64,000 nt of DNA. It comes from Tubulanus polymorphus. Its lineage: Eukaryota > Animalia > Nemertea. Position 1 is the stretch's first letter, and each line of letters starts with the position of its first letter. Below the pieces are notes generated by a model that saw only the letters and a list, made by a program, of their open reading frames with translations, searched no databases and was not told where the DNA came from. Where the stretch lies: assembly GCF_964204645.1 (NCBI RefSeq), contig NC_134028.1:18483653-18547652 (forward strand), read 5' to 3'. Shown piece after piece: positions 38,501 to 50,690 of the stretch. The translations under genes were made by a program, and so were the position numbers.

Positions 38501-40189
38501 AAGTGCATTTTCTAAAATGTGTTCAATAACACAAAATTGAATTGGATTTGATGTTTCTGGTCAATAAAGTAAAATTGAATTTGATTTTTGCTTTTTTTGC
38601 AGAAAAAAATCTGATTGAATTTGCAGTTTGAGCACATAACTAATTAGCATATCAAGGTCATCCATCCAATTTGAGAAAAAGGTTTTTTTCCCAGACTTAG
38701 CACAATTGTCAATGATATTTTCTGTATCGACCATGAAATACAATTTTAAATCTTAAAACAAAACCCAAAAATATAACAGTAGACGATACCGCGGGTTCAC
38801 GTGAACACCTGCTGATCCCTGGGGCTTAGCCAATCATAAGGGAGGCTTTGCTTTCTGATTTGCTCTTTAAAACAGATTTTAAAAACAGGTCTTTTGCGTT
38901 CAGATTTTCGCACAAAGGCGCATATAAATTTAAGCAAAGCCCTTTTTCAAAAAATTCAGCTTCATAGAATTTGAAGAATGGATAATGCTTTCATGAATGA
39001 TTTCTATGAATATATGCTCAGTTGCACAGTCAAAGGCTCTGGAAACCATGTGATTTAAATTCACTATATTTCATTAGTGCGGGCCTAAAAATGGGTAAAA
39101 AGTGCATATTTTGGTGAATGACAATGGCTACCAGTCAGCCATGGTAGAAACATGTGTAAACCAAATATGAAGAAATTACATTTAAGCGTTTTTAAAACTT
39201 CCAAAAAAACTGGAGGTCATCTACAGACAAACGGATGGATAGGTACAAAATTAACTGTGCATAAGGAAATTCTTGGCAATAGGTGAATTAGGCAGTATCA
39301 AGGATGGTGGTACAACGAACATTGACTATATATTTCCTCTCATAAACTGAAAGTTGACAAAATAAGTTTAAACCTGAAACCTGTTGACATTCTAGGGGAA
39401 GAAGGTCACTTACTGTATCTGTTCTGAATTAATGGGAATTATTCGTGAGCTTGTATTGAATGTTGACTTGTATGTGGATAAGTGCAAGATAAACATGAAA
39501 ACAGAGCTGCCTTTTATCTTTTGCTGAACACATGTCCAAATTTACCAGTATTTTCAAAAATATTACAGTAGTCCTAAATTTTCAAACCAGAAAACATTTT
39601 CAAAATAATTATCGAGGTCTTATGTATTAGGGTTACGTTGAACAAACTCATTGTTTCCCCGGCTTATGACACCGTACTAGTACAGATGGTACACTAATAC
39701 AGTGTCATATTGAGTTTTAATTCGAGTTGACAAGAGTGATTCTGAGATTTTCCAGGGCAAATGCTATCAAAATTGTACTTTCCGTGATATTTTAACAGGA
39801 AGAAATTGAAGTGTATATATAACACCTTAGATCTGTCTGACCAAAAAAAAATACTCTAATTAACTGTCAATTAGTCATTTATCCTTCACTTGCGTGCATA
39901 TAGTTCACATATAACCCGCGGTGGAGCTATTTATGAAGCACGTGTGGCTACTAGCATAGCCTATGTATAATCGATCAAATAAACATCATTTTTTTCACTG
40001 TACATAGCGCTAATACGTTTACCATGTCATATCCAACAGTAGCAACAGTATACAATTGTAAGAGTTCAAAATCCAAAGACAATTCTTAAATGATCATATA
40101 CCCTATGAAATGGTACGGTAACCACACTCAAACATGGTGAACAGATGATAAGATAAAAACCAACTATTTGAAAATTAAAAGAAATCTAA

Positions 40190-40680
40190 AATCGAGAATT
40201 TATTTATTGAAACAATCTAAAAATATAGGAACACGATGTTTCGATCATACACTAGAGATCATCGTACGGTGTCAGATATTGATTAAAAACAGGGGTATAC
40301 ATACAGAGGAGAACAGGTTAATTGAGTAAATTGGTGAGTGAGTAACTAATTGGTGTTTGGCAAAGCATGAAGTAATATACTTAGAAAGAAGGGAATTGTG
40401 AGGAGAAAAGCCATTATCTAAATTGGTACTAATATCGAGTGACGAGTAATTAGGGCAGACTCAACTATGTGGCGTTTAGTGTAATTGCTCGAAGTATAGA
40501 TAATTTCGGCTTTATCAAAATTACAACAATGACCAGTGTTCCAAACGTGATTGGCTACGCCACTAGCCGGTTTTTGATTTATTATATCCTTTTTGTGTTC
40601 CGAAATTCTAGTTTTTAAATCACGACCAGTTTCTCCAAAGTACATTTTATCACAGCCAAAACAAGGAATGTTGTAAACAC
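40190..40680 (-). mobile_element. Penelope 3' fragment (GIY-YIG) with a degenerate hammerhead
   Basis: VYNIPCFGCDKMYFGETGRDLKTRISEH..ESALI. Minus strand 40229-40273 reads ACAC-CGUACGA-UGAUC..GAUC-GAAAC-AUC-GUGU. Confidence 0.85.
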
Positions 40681-42514
40681 TGAAAATGAGCCACCAGCTT
40701 ACATTATGCGGACACTCACCAGTAAAAAAAAAACACAGTTTTAACCCTTACAATACCGTATGGCATACGGTACAAATTGGCAAGCTAGCATAACCGTACC
40801 CTATGATACGGTATCACTTAACCCTTCTTCTAGAAGGGTATATCTATCAGTATCAGCCGGTGCTGCCATCTGCATAAAATCCAAGATGGCAACAGCCAGG
40901 AAAAAACAATTTGGCTGGATGAAACGGTTCAGCAGCTCGTATATGATGCTGACAGTGATGCTGGTGACTTGGAATTTGGAAGTGAACAAATTGAGAGTGA
41001 CAACGAATATGACAGCAGCAGTTCAGATGATGAGACTTAGTCAGAAAATAGGTTTATAGTGCCGGCAATGATTTTGATGATGAAAATGAGATCAGATAAT
41101 TTTTTTTAGACCCTGTTGATAGGTTTGTCATGGCAACGGACACCAATAACAATAATGAAGAACAAGAAACTGTCCATCCTCAAGGTCACTTATATCCAAT
41201 AATTTGTCTTATATGTAAGCCCAATGGTTATCAACACCATGGTATACAATGTATCAGTGTCAAATACATAGGTAACAATTTTCTGAGGCCTGAAATTATA
41301 CCCCAATGAAACCCCTTACATCCGTCCTTCCGACATATCGGTGGAGAAGCTGGTAAATGAGTGGAAAAATAAATTTTTTAGTTGTTCTATTGCTTTGAAA
41401 TTTTTACTACATTAAGTAAGGATATATGGCATACAATTTCAGTTGGAATTGAATAGATCAGTGCATTTTGCTGGGATACAGAGCAGCTTATCTGAAACTT
41501 TTTCGTGAATTTTTTTCATGGCGGCCATCTTGGAGTATGTGACCTTGACCTCAAGTTCACTTATATCAAAATTATTTATGTCTACATTGTTGGCCCATAA
41601 GTTATCAACAACATGCTATATATATTTTCTGTGTCAGATACCTTGGTAACTATTCTATGAAGTTTCAAATATACCCCTTTAAACCCCTAAATTCCCTCTG
41701 GTACAGCAGCAGAGACACTATGTGGTATTGAAAGGGTAAATAACTGGAAACCAAACGATTTAACAGCAGCCACTGGTGTATGTATTAAGGTAATCAGCTG
41801 GTTGTTATACACCGATAGATTAACTCTATCAATACAACGTAATAAAGCTAAAGCGAAAAGAGCTAGAGAAAATGAATTGGCTCGAGAACGAAATAGGAAA
41901 ATGCGTGAAAGACGCAAAAGTGAAAAAAATGAAACAACAGTAAAAAAACTAAGAATAGTTTTGAATCAAACACCTCAAAAGAAAACATCTGTAAAAAATA
42001 ATGCTGCAACAAGAAACAAAGTAAATGAGCAACGTGAATACTGGTGTCAAAAGAAACGCGAGGCGCGTGCCAGATGGTCAGCGCAGAAATTGCGACGCGT
42101 GCGCGAAAAAGATCATAATAGAAAACAAACAAAAAAGGAACAAAATAAATCAAAAAGTGGAAATGATGAGGCCTGTGCTCCGATAGACAAAAGTCCTTTT
42201 ACTGGAAAACAGCAATTTAAAGGACTACTGAACAATTTTGTTTTTTCCCTTGAATCAATCCAGTAAGATGTAATAAATGATAATCTAATGACCTTAGGTA
42301 TATTTGTTTTCATTTCGAATACTTTTAAGAGGTTTTTTCTTGCTACGGCAAACCAAAATATACGTAGTCGCGATGCTCAGCAATCTCGGGTAATCCCCTG
42401 TGGTGACGTCAGCGCGAGACGTTGAGAACCCGGAAGTATTATCAGCCTCGTTCAGATTGCGATAACAACAGGAGATAAAGTGATTATAAAAAGATTTTAA
42501 AACGATTTTAAACT

Positions 42515-45500
42515 ATGCCACGGCGTTGTGTGTACTACAATTGTAGTACACAAGATTCCTTGTTATACAAATGGCCGCGTGATCCAAATATTGCTAGAGT
42601 ATGGACTGCTTTTGTGAGTACAAAGCGAGCACAATGGAAGCCTTCGTCATCAAGTGTGCTCTGTAGAAAACATTTCACAACGGAGGCCTTCGACAATTAC
42701 ATGGAGTACAATGCTGGTTTTGCTAATAGGTTTGTATATTAAAAACATCAATCCCATAAAATAAACTGATACCTTGATTCTACAGTTTTTGAAACAAATC
42801 ATATTTAATTCTTCACTTTCGAGTGACCTGGGCCTAAGTGTGTCATGTATAATCAGGCGACTTGTAATTAGTTTGGAAACAACTGACTATTATGATGCAT
42901 TTTTCACTTCAGTCTTCGATTAAAGAAAGATTCTGTACCAACTTTGCATCTCAATGATTCTGTTGTGTCGAATTCTGTTGACTCGCCTCAGAAAGCAGAT
43001 TTTTTGAGTCCGCAGATGCAGAAAGGACGTTCAGCTTTTGAAAAGAGACGGAGGCTAGCGATGGTCAATGATGCGACTCAACCAAGTGTAGCTGAACCAG
43101 AGCTTCAAAGTATTGACTTTGAAATTGATGGTGATGGCGATCTCGATAAGATGTGGGAAACTGTAGCTGTTCAAACTGAACCTATCACATCTAGTAAAGG
43201 TAATTACATCCATTCGAAATCATGAATAAGATAGTTGCCTACCTACTTTTAATTTCATATTTCATTTGTTGATTATAGAAATTGAATTAGATTTGATCAG
43301 TATTATTCAAAAATATACTTTTAATTTCATATTTCATTTGTTGATTATAGAAATTGAATTGAATTTAATCATTATTATTTAAAAATATTTTTTCAGCAAT
43401 CCAAACTCTCAAATGGAAACCTAAGTACTTTTGTCAACGTCGACATTTCCCAAAATATTCAAAACCGAAAATCAAAAGCTACAAAATCAGACGCACCTCA
43501 CGTGGGGTTCAATGTTCCCTTCTATCCCCAAAGACAAGACCCAAGAAGCGATACAGAAAGGCTAGTCAGAGCAGTGTCTCATCAAACAAGACAGATTCTG
43601 ATGAAGAATATCGTCCAGAGTGCGACACGGAGACTGAATCGGATGATGAATTTCAAGAAGAAAGTTTGAAATTTGAAGAAATGAAGTAAGATGATCATTA
43701 CATGTAGCCTACCCTCAAGTTAGATATCATGACATAGAAATTTGTATTTGATTTTGTCGAGAGATCAATACTAAGATCTGTGAAATTATAGAAGTATTTT
43801 TACTTGCAGGAATGAAGATGACGTTGATTTTCAGGATCAGACCAAGTTTATTGTTTATCAGTCTGCTCTGCTGATACTATTTCAATTCTGCAGTATCTGC
43901 AAGGGTGAAAATCTTGTCTCGAAGAGTGTGTCTTCTACCTGTCTGACAGTTAGAACCCAGTGTAAGCTGTGTAACCACAGGACCACATGGAAAAGTGAGC
44001 CATCCATCAAGGGTATTCCCGTTACCAGTATATTATTGAGTGTTGGAATACTACTGACAGGAAGCCTAACAGCAAAGGTGATCAGGTTGTTTAAGTAAGT
44101 TGAAACCAATGCTTGTCATCAAATTGTGCCTTAATTTTCATCGACTTTTTAAAAATACATTTCAATATATAATTTCAAACATTCATTGTCAATCCAGCTT
44201 CATAAAAATTCAGTGCCTTTCAACGCGAACAGTGTATAACCATCATTCGAAATACATCCATGCAGCTATACGACAAGTTTGGGAAAGGAAACGCGAGACT
44301 ATGCTTGATAGTCTCAAATCATCTCCACTGTTGATAGGAGGAGATGGACGCTGTGACTCACCTGGCCACTCGGCAAAGTACTGCTCATACTCGATAATGA
44401 ATCTGGAGACCAATAAAATAATAACTTCTGAGTTAGTCCAAGTAAGTATGCCTTGCAGTTATTCAGGGTTTATGAATGTGGATTCGTTTTTTAGGTATTC
44501 TGTTTTTTTAATGTATAATTCAGTCAAATGAAGTGACATCATCAAATGCGATGGAACTAGAAGGCTTAAAAAGATGCGCAGAAAAACTGAAGAAATTCAA
44601 AATCACAGCTCTCGTAACTGATATGCATTTGTCCGTTAGAAAATGGGCACGCGACACTTGGAAAATTCCACATTACTATGATACTTGGCATTGTGTCAAA
44701 GGTGCGTAAGTAACACAATTTTGTAAATGGTTTCTTAAGGCTTGTTCACAAAGATCTACGTTTTGTTTATCATTTTATCTGTCAAGCGGTCACAAGAAAA
44801 CTTGAACGCCTAGGAAAGCAAAAAGACATGGAGGTTATCAAAGAGTGGATACCCAATATCAAAGTCCATTTGTACTGGTGTGCCCAATCCTCAGAATCAG
44901 GAGACCACGAGACAATAAAACAGAAATGGCTGACATGCATACAGCATGTTCAAAATAATCATGAGAACTGTCTCCACGCATCATATTCTAAAAAAAAGAA
45001 ATGGTTAATTCCAGGTATATTTTTCTATTCTCTATTTAATAGCTACCCGGTTAGATAATTAAGTGTAAATAATTGTTTTCATTTTGATTTATTGATCTTT
45101 AAATTTTTTAGGATCCAATGTTGCATCTGAATTTGAGAATCTTGCAACTAACACGCGGACAGTTAATCAGATATCCAATATGTCTAGCTATGGACAAACC
45201 AGCAGTATTGAATGCTTTCATAACATCTTAAATCATTTTGCCCCTAAGATGATACATTTCTCTTACGTCGGAATGCTCAGTAGGTATGTAAATACATGTA
45301 CAAATATGAATTTACAAAATCACATCATTGTTCTACCTGGTACATTATCATTCTATCTTCATTTCAAATTCCATTAGGATCTGTATAGCAATACTTCACT
45401 ATAACGAAAATTCTGAACGAATTCAAGCTGAAACGAAGACTGGTAATCAGCGATGGCAGGTGCACTATCCAAAGTATAAAGATGGTCACGTTTTAAGAAA

Positions 45501-45897
45501 AATTCTGACAAAAACCACTCATGGTAGGCTGAACCTAACAAAGTGTGATATTATTTACTAAAAATTACTCGGCTTCATTAAAAAAAATTTTTTTTCAGAT
45601 TACGTCAAGTTATGCTTTGCAGAAGTTTTTAACAACATAAAGAGACGCCCGCATGATTCCTCTAAAATAAATGTACCAGCCACATTGATCGCGGATCGCA
45701 AAAGGGTAGTTAAGGATGAAGCGGTAATCTACCATACATCAAGATTCAAGAAGGTTACCGAAAAGGTCAAAGGAAAATCAAAATCAACTGTCCTCGCTAC
45801 TCAACCTAAAAAGCGATTTCGAAAACTGACTGTCAACACCGAATCTATTGATGAAGTGATTCGCGAGGTTCTGGAAAGTGACTTGGTTGACAATTAA
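42515..45897 (+). CDS. Kolobok THAP-DDE transposase, 10 exons, 780 aa by manual splicing
   Basis: Exons 42515-42729, 42913-43199, 43397-43685, 43810-44094, 44198-44441, 44524-44701, 44787-45014, 45112-45283, 45378-45523, 45599-45897 total 2343 nt, all GT-AG, no stop seen. THAP C..C/W/LCRKHF/SVPT; C2C2 region; GGDGRCDSPGHSAKY; VTDMH; DTWH; HLYW; QTSSIECFH..FAPK; LHYNEN. Confidence 0.92.
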
Positions 45898-46068
45898 TAA
45901 CCACTTGACTATTTACTGCTGTTATAGCTATCATTGTAGTTATTTGAATTCCTTGTTACTCGGCTCAAGATGACATGATTGACAACTTTTTTAATGCAAA
46001 ATATATACAAATCATTTATTCTTGTAAATTAATAAAATATTTTATACATTGCAACTAAAAATTGCGTT

Positions 46069-47044
46069 TTAGTTTTCTAATGGAGGTAGACGGAATCCTC
46101 TGAATTGCTGATCCTCTTCGAGAACATCTTCTTTTGGGAAATGTGCCCTGATGCATGACACGATACATGCAGGCAATATAACTCTATTGTTTTTGCCGCA
46201 GAATCCCCAGCACCATCGAACACACTGTCTATATGCAATGTGCCTATATTTGTCTGGTAAAGGTCCCTCAAACGCTTTACGGCCATACTGCGAACGAAAC
46301 CCATACCACGCTGTTTCCAGCACCGAAACATCCAAACACACTGACTGAAATGATGGCGTATCAGTCATGCAAGTGAAATGGTCGTCTCCTGGTCTTGCAT
46401 TGAGCTGGTCTAATTTATTTTTGACCTCGGGAACCTCATGGCAGCAGATACACTCTGGCTCAGTGTCCAATATCTGGCAATGAGAGCAATGACACCTAGG
46501 AAAGAGAAAATGATTTTGAATTACCACGTTCAGTCTGCAAATTGAAAGTTAAACATCCCTAGAAACTAGCTAACACAAAGATGTATGCTACGCCTCGCTC
46601 GAGTAACGTACTACAACAACTATTGTTGAGTTCGATGACAATAACATAGGCCTATTGTGAGCAGTGAGTAATAGGCCTACCACGTTGTAATAAAAGTGTA
46701 TGGTTAGTTAGACAATACTTTTTCTTAGGAATGCCGTGAATAAAATATTTGACCTTATTATGAATAATTTTTTTTAAACAATAGTTATTCATTACCATTC
46801 ATAGGCGATCCACGTCTAATCTATTCAGTCTATCCGGCCTGTCATCAGGTCGGTCGCCCTCTTCCGAGTCGGATGCATCTGGCTCATATAAATATGGATC
46901 TAGAATTGGTTCTGCCACGTTTACAGTCTCCACAGATAATTCACTGCCCGACTCACTGTCTTCCCTTTCAATATAATTATTATCTGACGAAGAATCTTCT
47001 GAACTTTCATCACTGTTGCTTATGTTGTTAATTGTATCCGCCAT
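46069..47044 (-). CDS. KolX accessory protein (P2X7 cytoplasmic ballast / nanor-like Cys-rich domain), 2 exons, with a frame discrepancy at the end of exon 1
   Basis: Exon 1 (47044-46796) is acidic with PYLYEP. Exon 2 (46495-46069) reads CHCSHC..ECICCHE..F.SVCL..YRHIAYRQCVRWCWGFCGKNNRVILPACIVSCIRAHFP..FRGF. Confidence 0.88.
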
Positions 47045-47483
47045 GTTTTTTTACAAAGTAACTTCTCGCGCTGACGTTTACTCACGTGACCTGCTCATTA
47101 CACGTGGTCAGAGTAAACAAAACAGCGGAGATCTTACAAAAGTTAATTTTTTTGGTTAAAAAAACTTCATGTAAATATTTTTAGGAGTCAATATGGAATA
47201 TGTGTTACTTGATCAACAGTATAGTGGAAAAATACGATGCATATTGGAATAGTGTTCAGTAGTCCTTTAATGATGCCACTTCAAGGGCAAAAAAGAATTT
47301 ACCTAAGTCCCCCCGGAAATATGCAGCGGTTGTAGAATGAATTATTCAAAACGCGAGCCCCCGAAAAAAAGGTGCATTGGGTGACCCACTATCTTGCGAA
47401 CTTCAGTAAAAAAAATAGGTTTTTAACAGTAACAGTATTTTTAGTACCCACTATCAGGAGAGCACAGATAGTGCAGCGTGTGT

Positions 47484-48228
47484 ATATACGTGAATAAACG
47501 GTGTATATATACACTTAGTCCTGCACTGAGTGTGTATGTATGTACGTTAGATATATAGATTACATACCAGCTGATTTAGTCCGCGGATTTTAATGTGAAC
47601 GCGCTGTCACGCGAAGAGTATCAATATACAGCAAAAACATCGGCAAACACTAATTACAGCAATAAAATTAAATAAATTAAGTGAGTCACAACTGAGTTGA
47701 ACCAATTAACGCTCACTTCAACAAAATCAATGCCAACCGTTTGTCCAAAAACGGCGTTGTTGCCGCCGGCTCGGCTGGCGCCATTGTCTTTTACTTTTTC
47801 TATGAAAGAATTTATTTTGTAGTCAAAATAAGACAATGACAGGACAAAGCCAAGCTAGGACTTTAGAAATTGCCATACATACCCAGTTCGAGATACTAAA
47901 TTAGATAGCCGACTCCATAATAATCCTCACACACGAAAAAACTATAAGCGAACTAAGCACGGCATACCAAGAATTTCCCGTATTCACGTCGGAAACACAA
48001 ATATAGGTCAACACAAGTAACTTATTGAAAGCGAAGAATTTTCGATGTTTTTTGCGTTTTTCTCAAAAAATATTGCATCATCCGTTCGAAGCTTACCGGC
48101 GTGACCTCCGCGTATCAATTCTTCTTGCTTCATGATAAAAGACAACCCAGTAAGTATTCCACTAAATTTTGTGCCGCAATCTCTTAGCAGACTGCCAACC
48201 AACAGCCATAACATACGTTAACCAAAAA
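47484..48228 (+). repeat. Dispersed unclassified repeat, copy 1 (copy 2 at 61667-62468)
   Basis: Long colinear match, e.g. GATTACATACCAGCTGATTTA, AGTTCGAGATACTAAATTAGA, GCAGACTGCCAACCAACAGCCATAACATA. Confidence 0.85.
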
Positions 48229-48294
48229 CTAGTGATCCAGGGACACCATTCCCACTTAGAAAGTGGTTTAAATGATCAACAATCTAACAATTTT

Positions 48295-48780
48295 GATATT
48301 CAATGCCCCTGGTGACCATATAATAACCAATTACCTTGAAACTGACCACAATCATAGAACTTGTCATGAGCAACTTTGCAATTGATTGAGGTAATAAAAA
48401 TATGCATAGGTAATAATATAATTTCGAAAAACTAAGTTATTGTATAAATCAACACCCCCTGGTGGCCGTATAGAATAACCAATGACGTTGAAACTCACAA
48501 TAATCATAGAACATGTTATGAGCTACAACTTCGCAACCGAATGTGGTAAGAGAATAAGCAAAGGTAACAATATAATATAGAAATACTTAGTACTAAGTTC
48601 TTGTATTATTCAATGCCCTCTGGTCACCATATGCAAAAACTAATGACCTTCAAACTCACCACAATTATAGAACATATTATGAGCAAGATATTTGCAATGA
48701 TTGAGGTATAAAATATGCATGAGTACCAATATGAATAGACAAATTGTATATTATTCAATATTTAACTCCCCTGGTGGCAA
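48295..48780. repeat. Degenerate ~155-bp tandem repeat (about 3 units)
   Basis: CCCCTGGTG.CC.TAT...CCAAT.AC.TTGAAACT.AC.ACAATCATAGAAC recurs at ~48306, 48456 and 48616, with a partial unit at 48768. Confidence 0.75.
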
Positions 48781-49012
48781 GAACAAAGAACTAGGTGATT
48801 CCAATTCCATGCGAGGAGATGCTTAATGTCAGTGCTAACAACAATCAAATATCAAGATGTCAAGAAAAGTTAAAACATGTTGATATTTTCATCCAAAAAA
48901 ATTTGTCCACCTACAAAATGATAAAATACCCAATGAAATGTCTAGTGAAATGACTAGGAGCAGTGAGCATTTGTCAGATATGAGGTCAGAAATGCGCACC
49001 TGCTTACATTAA

Positions 49013-49787
49013 AGGCCGACTTTGAGTATAAAAGGCCCATCTGTCAGACATGGCAGTATCTCTGAACCCATGGCGCAGTCAAGAGCTCCAGCCATTGAGA
49101 CTGGTATTTCCCTCATATCTCTGTCAGTTAACCGATTCGGACCCTCATTTTTGTCAGGGATATGTGTAGACATGTAATATAGTCATATCTATGGCTTGAA
49201 ATTTAGTTGAAGCCCTCCTTCATGCATAAATAAGCAATTTACTTATTAGAGCATTCTTCAAATTTTCAAATCTTTGAATGACAAGCTGGGAGGAGTTATC
49301 CATCTCACCACATAGAGCACCTGTAGTCATAAACCTATATAAACAAAACAGTTGCAGCTCTCTTTTGGGGATTAGAATACTTTTATACTTGTATCAAACT
49401 GAAAATTTATATATCATCTAAACTCCTTATCAGTAACAATGTGTGAAAATTTCATCAAAATCGAAACAAAAATTGAATAAATTGAAAATACAGATTTTAA
49501 GTTCAAATCATTATTACTGGCGGAATTCTCATCAAAAAACATCTACGAAGTCAGTGAATTTGAATTCAGAAGATTACTATGATCAAAATGATATCAAACA
49601 TAAAGGAAAATTTTTTTTTTTTTATTTGTCACTGTAATACTGTGTGATTGATGCTGGTGTGAGCCAGATTTGTTCCAGTTAACATTATAAACAAACTACC
49701 GCTTGCTAGTTGATAGTGGGATGTGGCCAGTACTGCAAATCTCAAGTACCAACCGGTGGGTATTTGGACCTTCCTTTAAGTCGGCCT
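49013..49787. mobile_element. Kolobok-type non-autonomous element, copy 2 (inverted relative to copy 1)
   Basis: TTAA|AGGCCGACTT...AAGTCGGCCT|TTAA. The body is the reverse complement of 25518-26170 plus extra sequence near 49640-49775. Confidence 0.85.
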
Positions 49788-50150
49788 TTAATGATAACAG
49801 TGAGCATTTGAAAAAACCTTATAAGATATTTTATTTGATTGGATTTGCTCCTTAATGATGAAAGGGGTCGGTATACACTCATGAATGTTTGGAATAACCT
49901 TAGTGTAAAGAACTAAAGAAGATGACAGCTCTAGTAAACTACAATGAAATAAGTCTATATGGTTCAACAATATGTCTACACAAATTTGTATCCATTTTAA
50001 TAGGCTACTTCAAAGGTATAATCTGATTACCACAAGTTACCCACTACCATGTACATGGTAGGCTAACATCTTGTCTGAACTGGGGTCACCACAAAGGGGG
50101 CATCACCTACAGAGTTTCTACAAGGGTAAGCACATCAAATTGACACATAC

Positions 50151-50690
50151 CAGGATATGTTTGCGAGGTGCTGATTCTAGAGATTGTTGCAATGAAGTAT
50201 CTTCCTCATCATCACTTGCTACGTAATCACTGTCATCATCTTCTTGCGCTGTATATAACTGGTTTGTATGTTCACGTTTCCAAACACCACCAATATCTTC
50301 TTCTGTCTGCTCTTCAGAAATGACAGCTTGATCCTTTACAGGTGGTAGTGCCTTCAATTCATATGCATCACAAGGCAATAATTCATTTGTCCGTAGGCAT
50401 TCACTCAACCACATACATTGAACAACTTTGACACTTTGGGCTGGAGTGGATTTTAGTATTTTGCAAATCTTTTCCCAGTTAAATTTTTCATCAACAATCA
50501 AATGTGTAACAGTTGAGCCTAGTGTATCACTACAACGACCACAGTGTTTCTTTATTTGTTGACCAAACAATTCTCGTCTAGATTTACTGAGGCTCCCAGC
50601 TGGCAACAGGTAGAAACAGTAGTCTTGTAACAGTCCTCTTGATTCAGGAGTGGGTGTCAACTTTATACGTTTGCAGTCAGAGGATGCCAT
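50151..50690 (-). CDS. POLL: DNA polymerase lambda first coding exon (basic NLS-like start, BRCT domain, acidic linker)
   Basis: MASSDCKRIKL..FYLLPAGSLSKSRRELFGQQIKKHCG..VTHLIVDE..KVVQCMWLSECLRTNELLPCDAYEL..DSDYVASDDE. Acceptor AG at 50731-50730 (exon starts at 50729), donor GT at 50150. Confidence 0.85.

Larger units (their letters stand above)
42221..47266. mobile_element. Full-length Kolobok DNA transposon (5046 bp)
   Basis: TSD TTAA at 42217-42220 and 47267-47270. Perfect 14-bp TIR AGGACTACTGAACA. Two convergent genes. Confidence 0.95.
41802..47390 (+). pseudogene. Basic, coiled-coil-like ORF remnant (probably transposon-derived) split by the Kolobok insertion
   Basis: ...SPFTGKQQF (to 42220) continues in frame after the second TTAA as NDATSRAKKNLPKSPRKYAAVVE*IIQNASPRKK. 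Confidence 0.55.

Noticed and set aside
40741-41100. TTAACCCT ends followed by an acidic stretch (piggyBac-like 5' end)
   Set aside because: No matching right end or catalytic motifs found.
43244-43385. ~71-bp tandem duplication in Kolobok intron 2
   Set aside because: Ordinary local duplication with no effect on splice sites.
46069-46527. Host P2X7 receptor gene
   Set aside because: Only the ballast-like domain is present and it lies inside Kolobok TIRs, so it is KolX.
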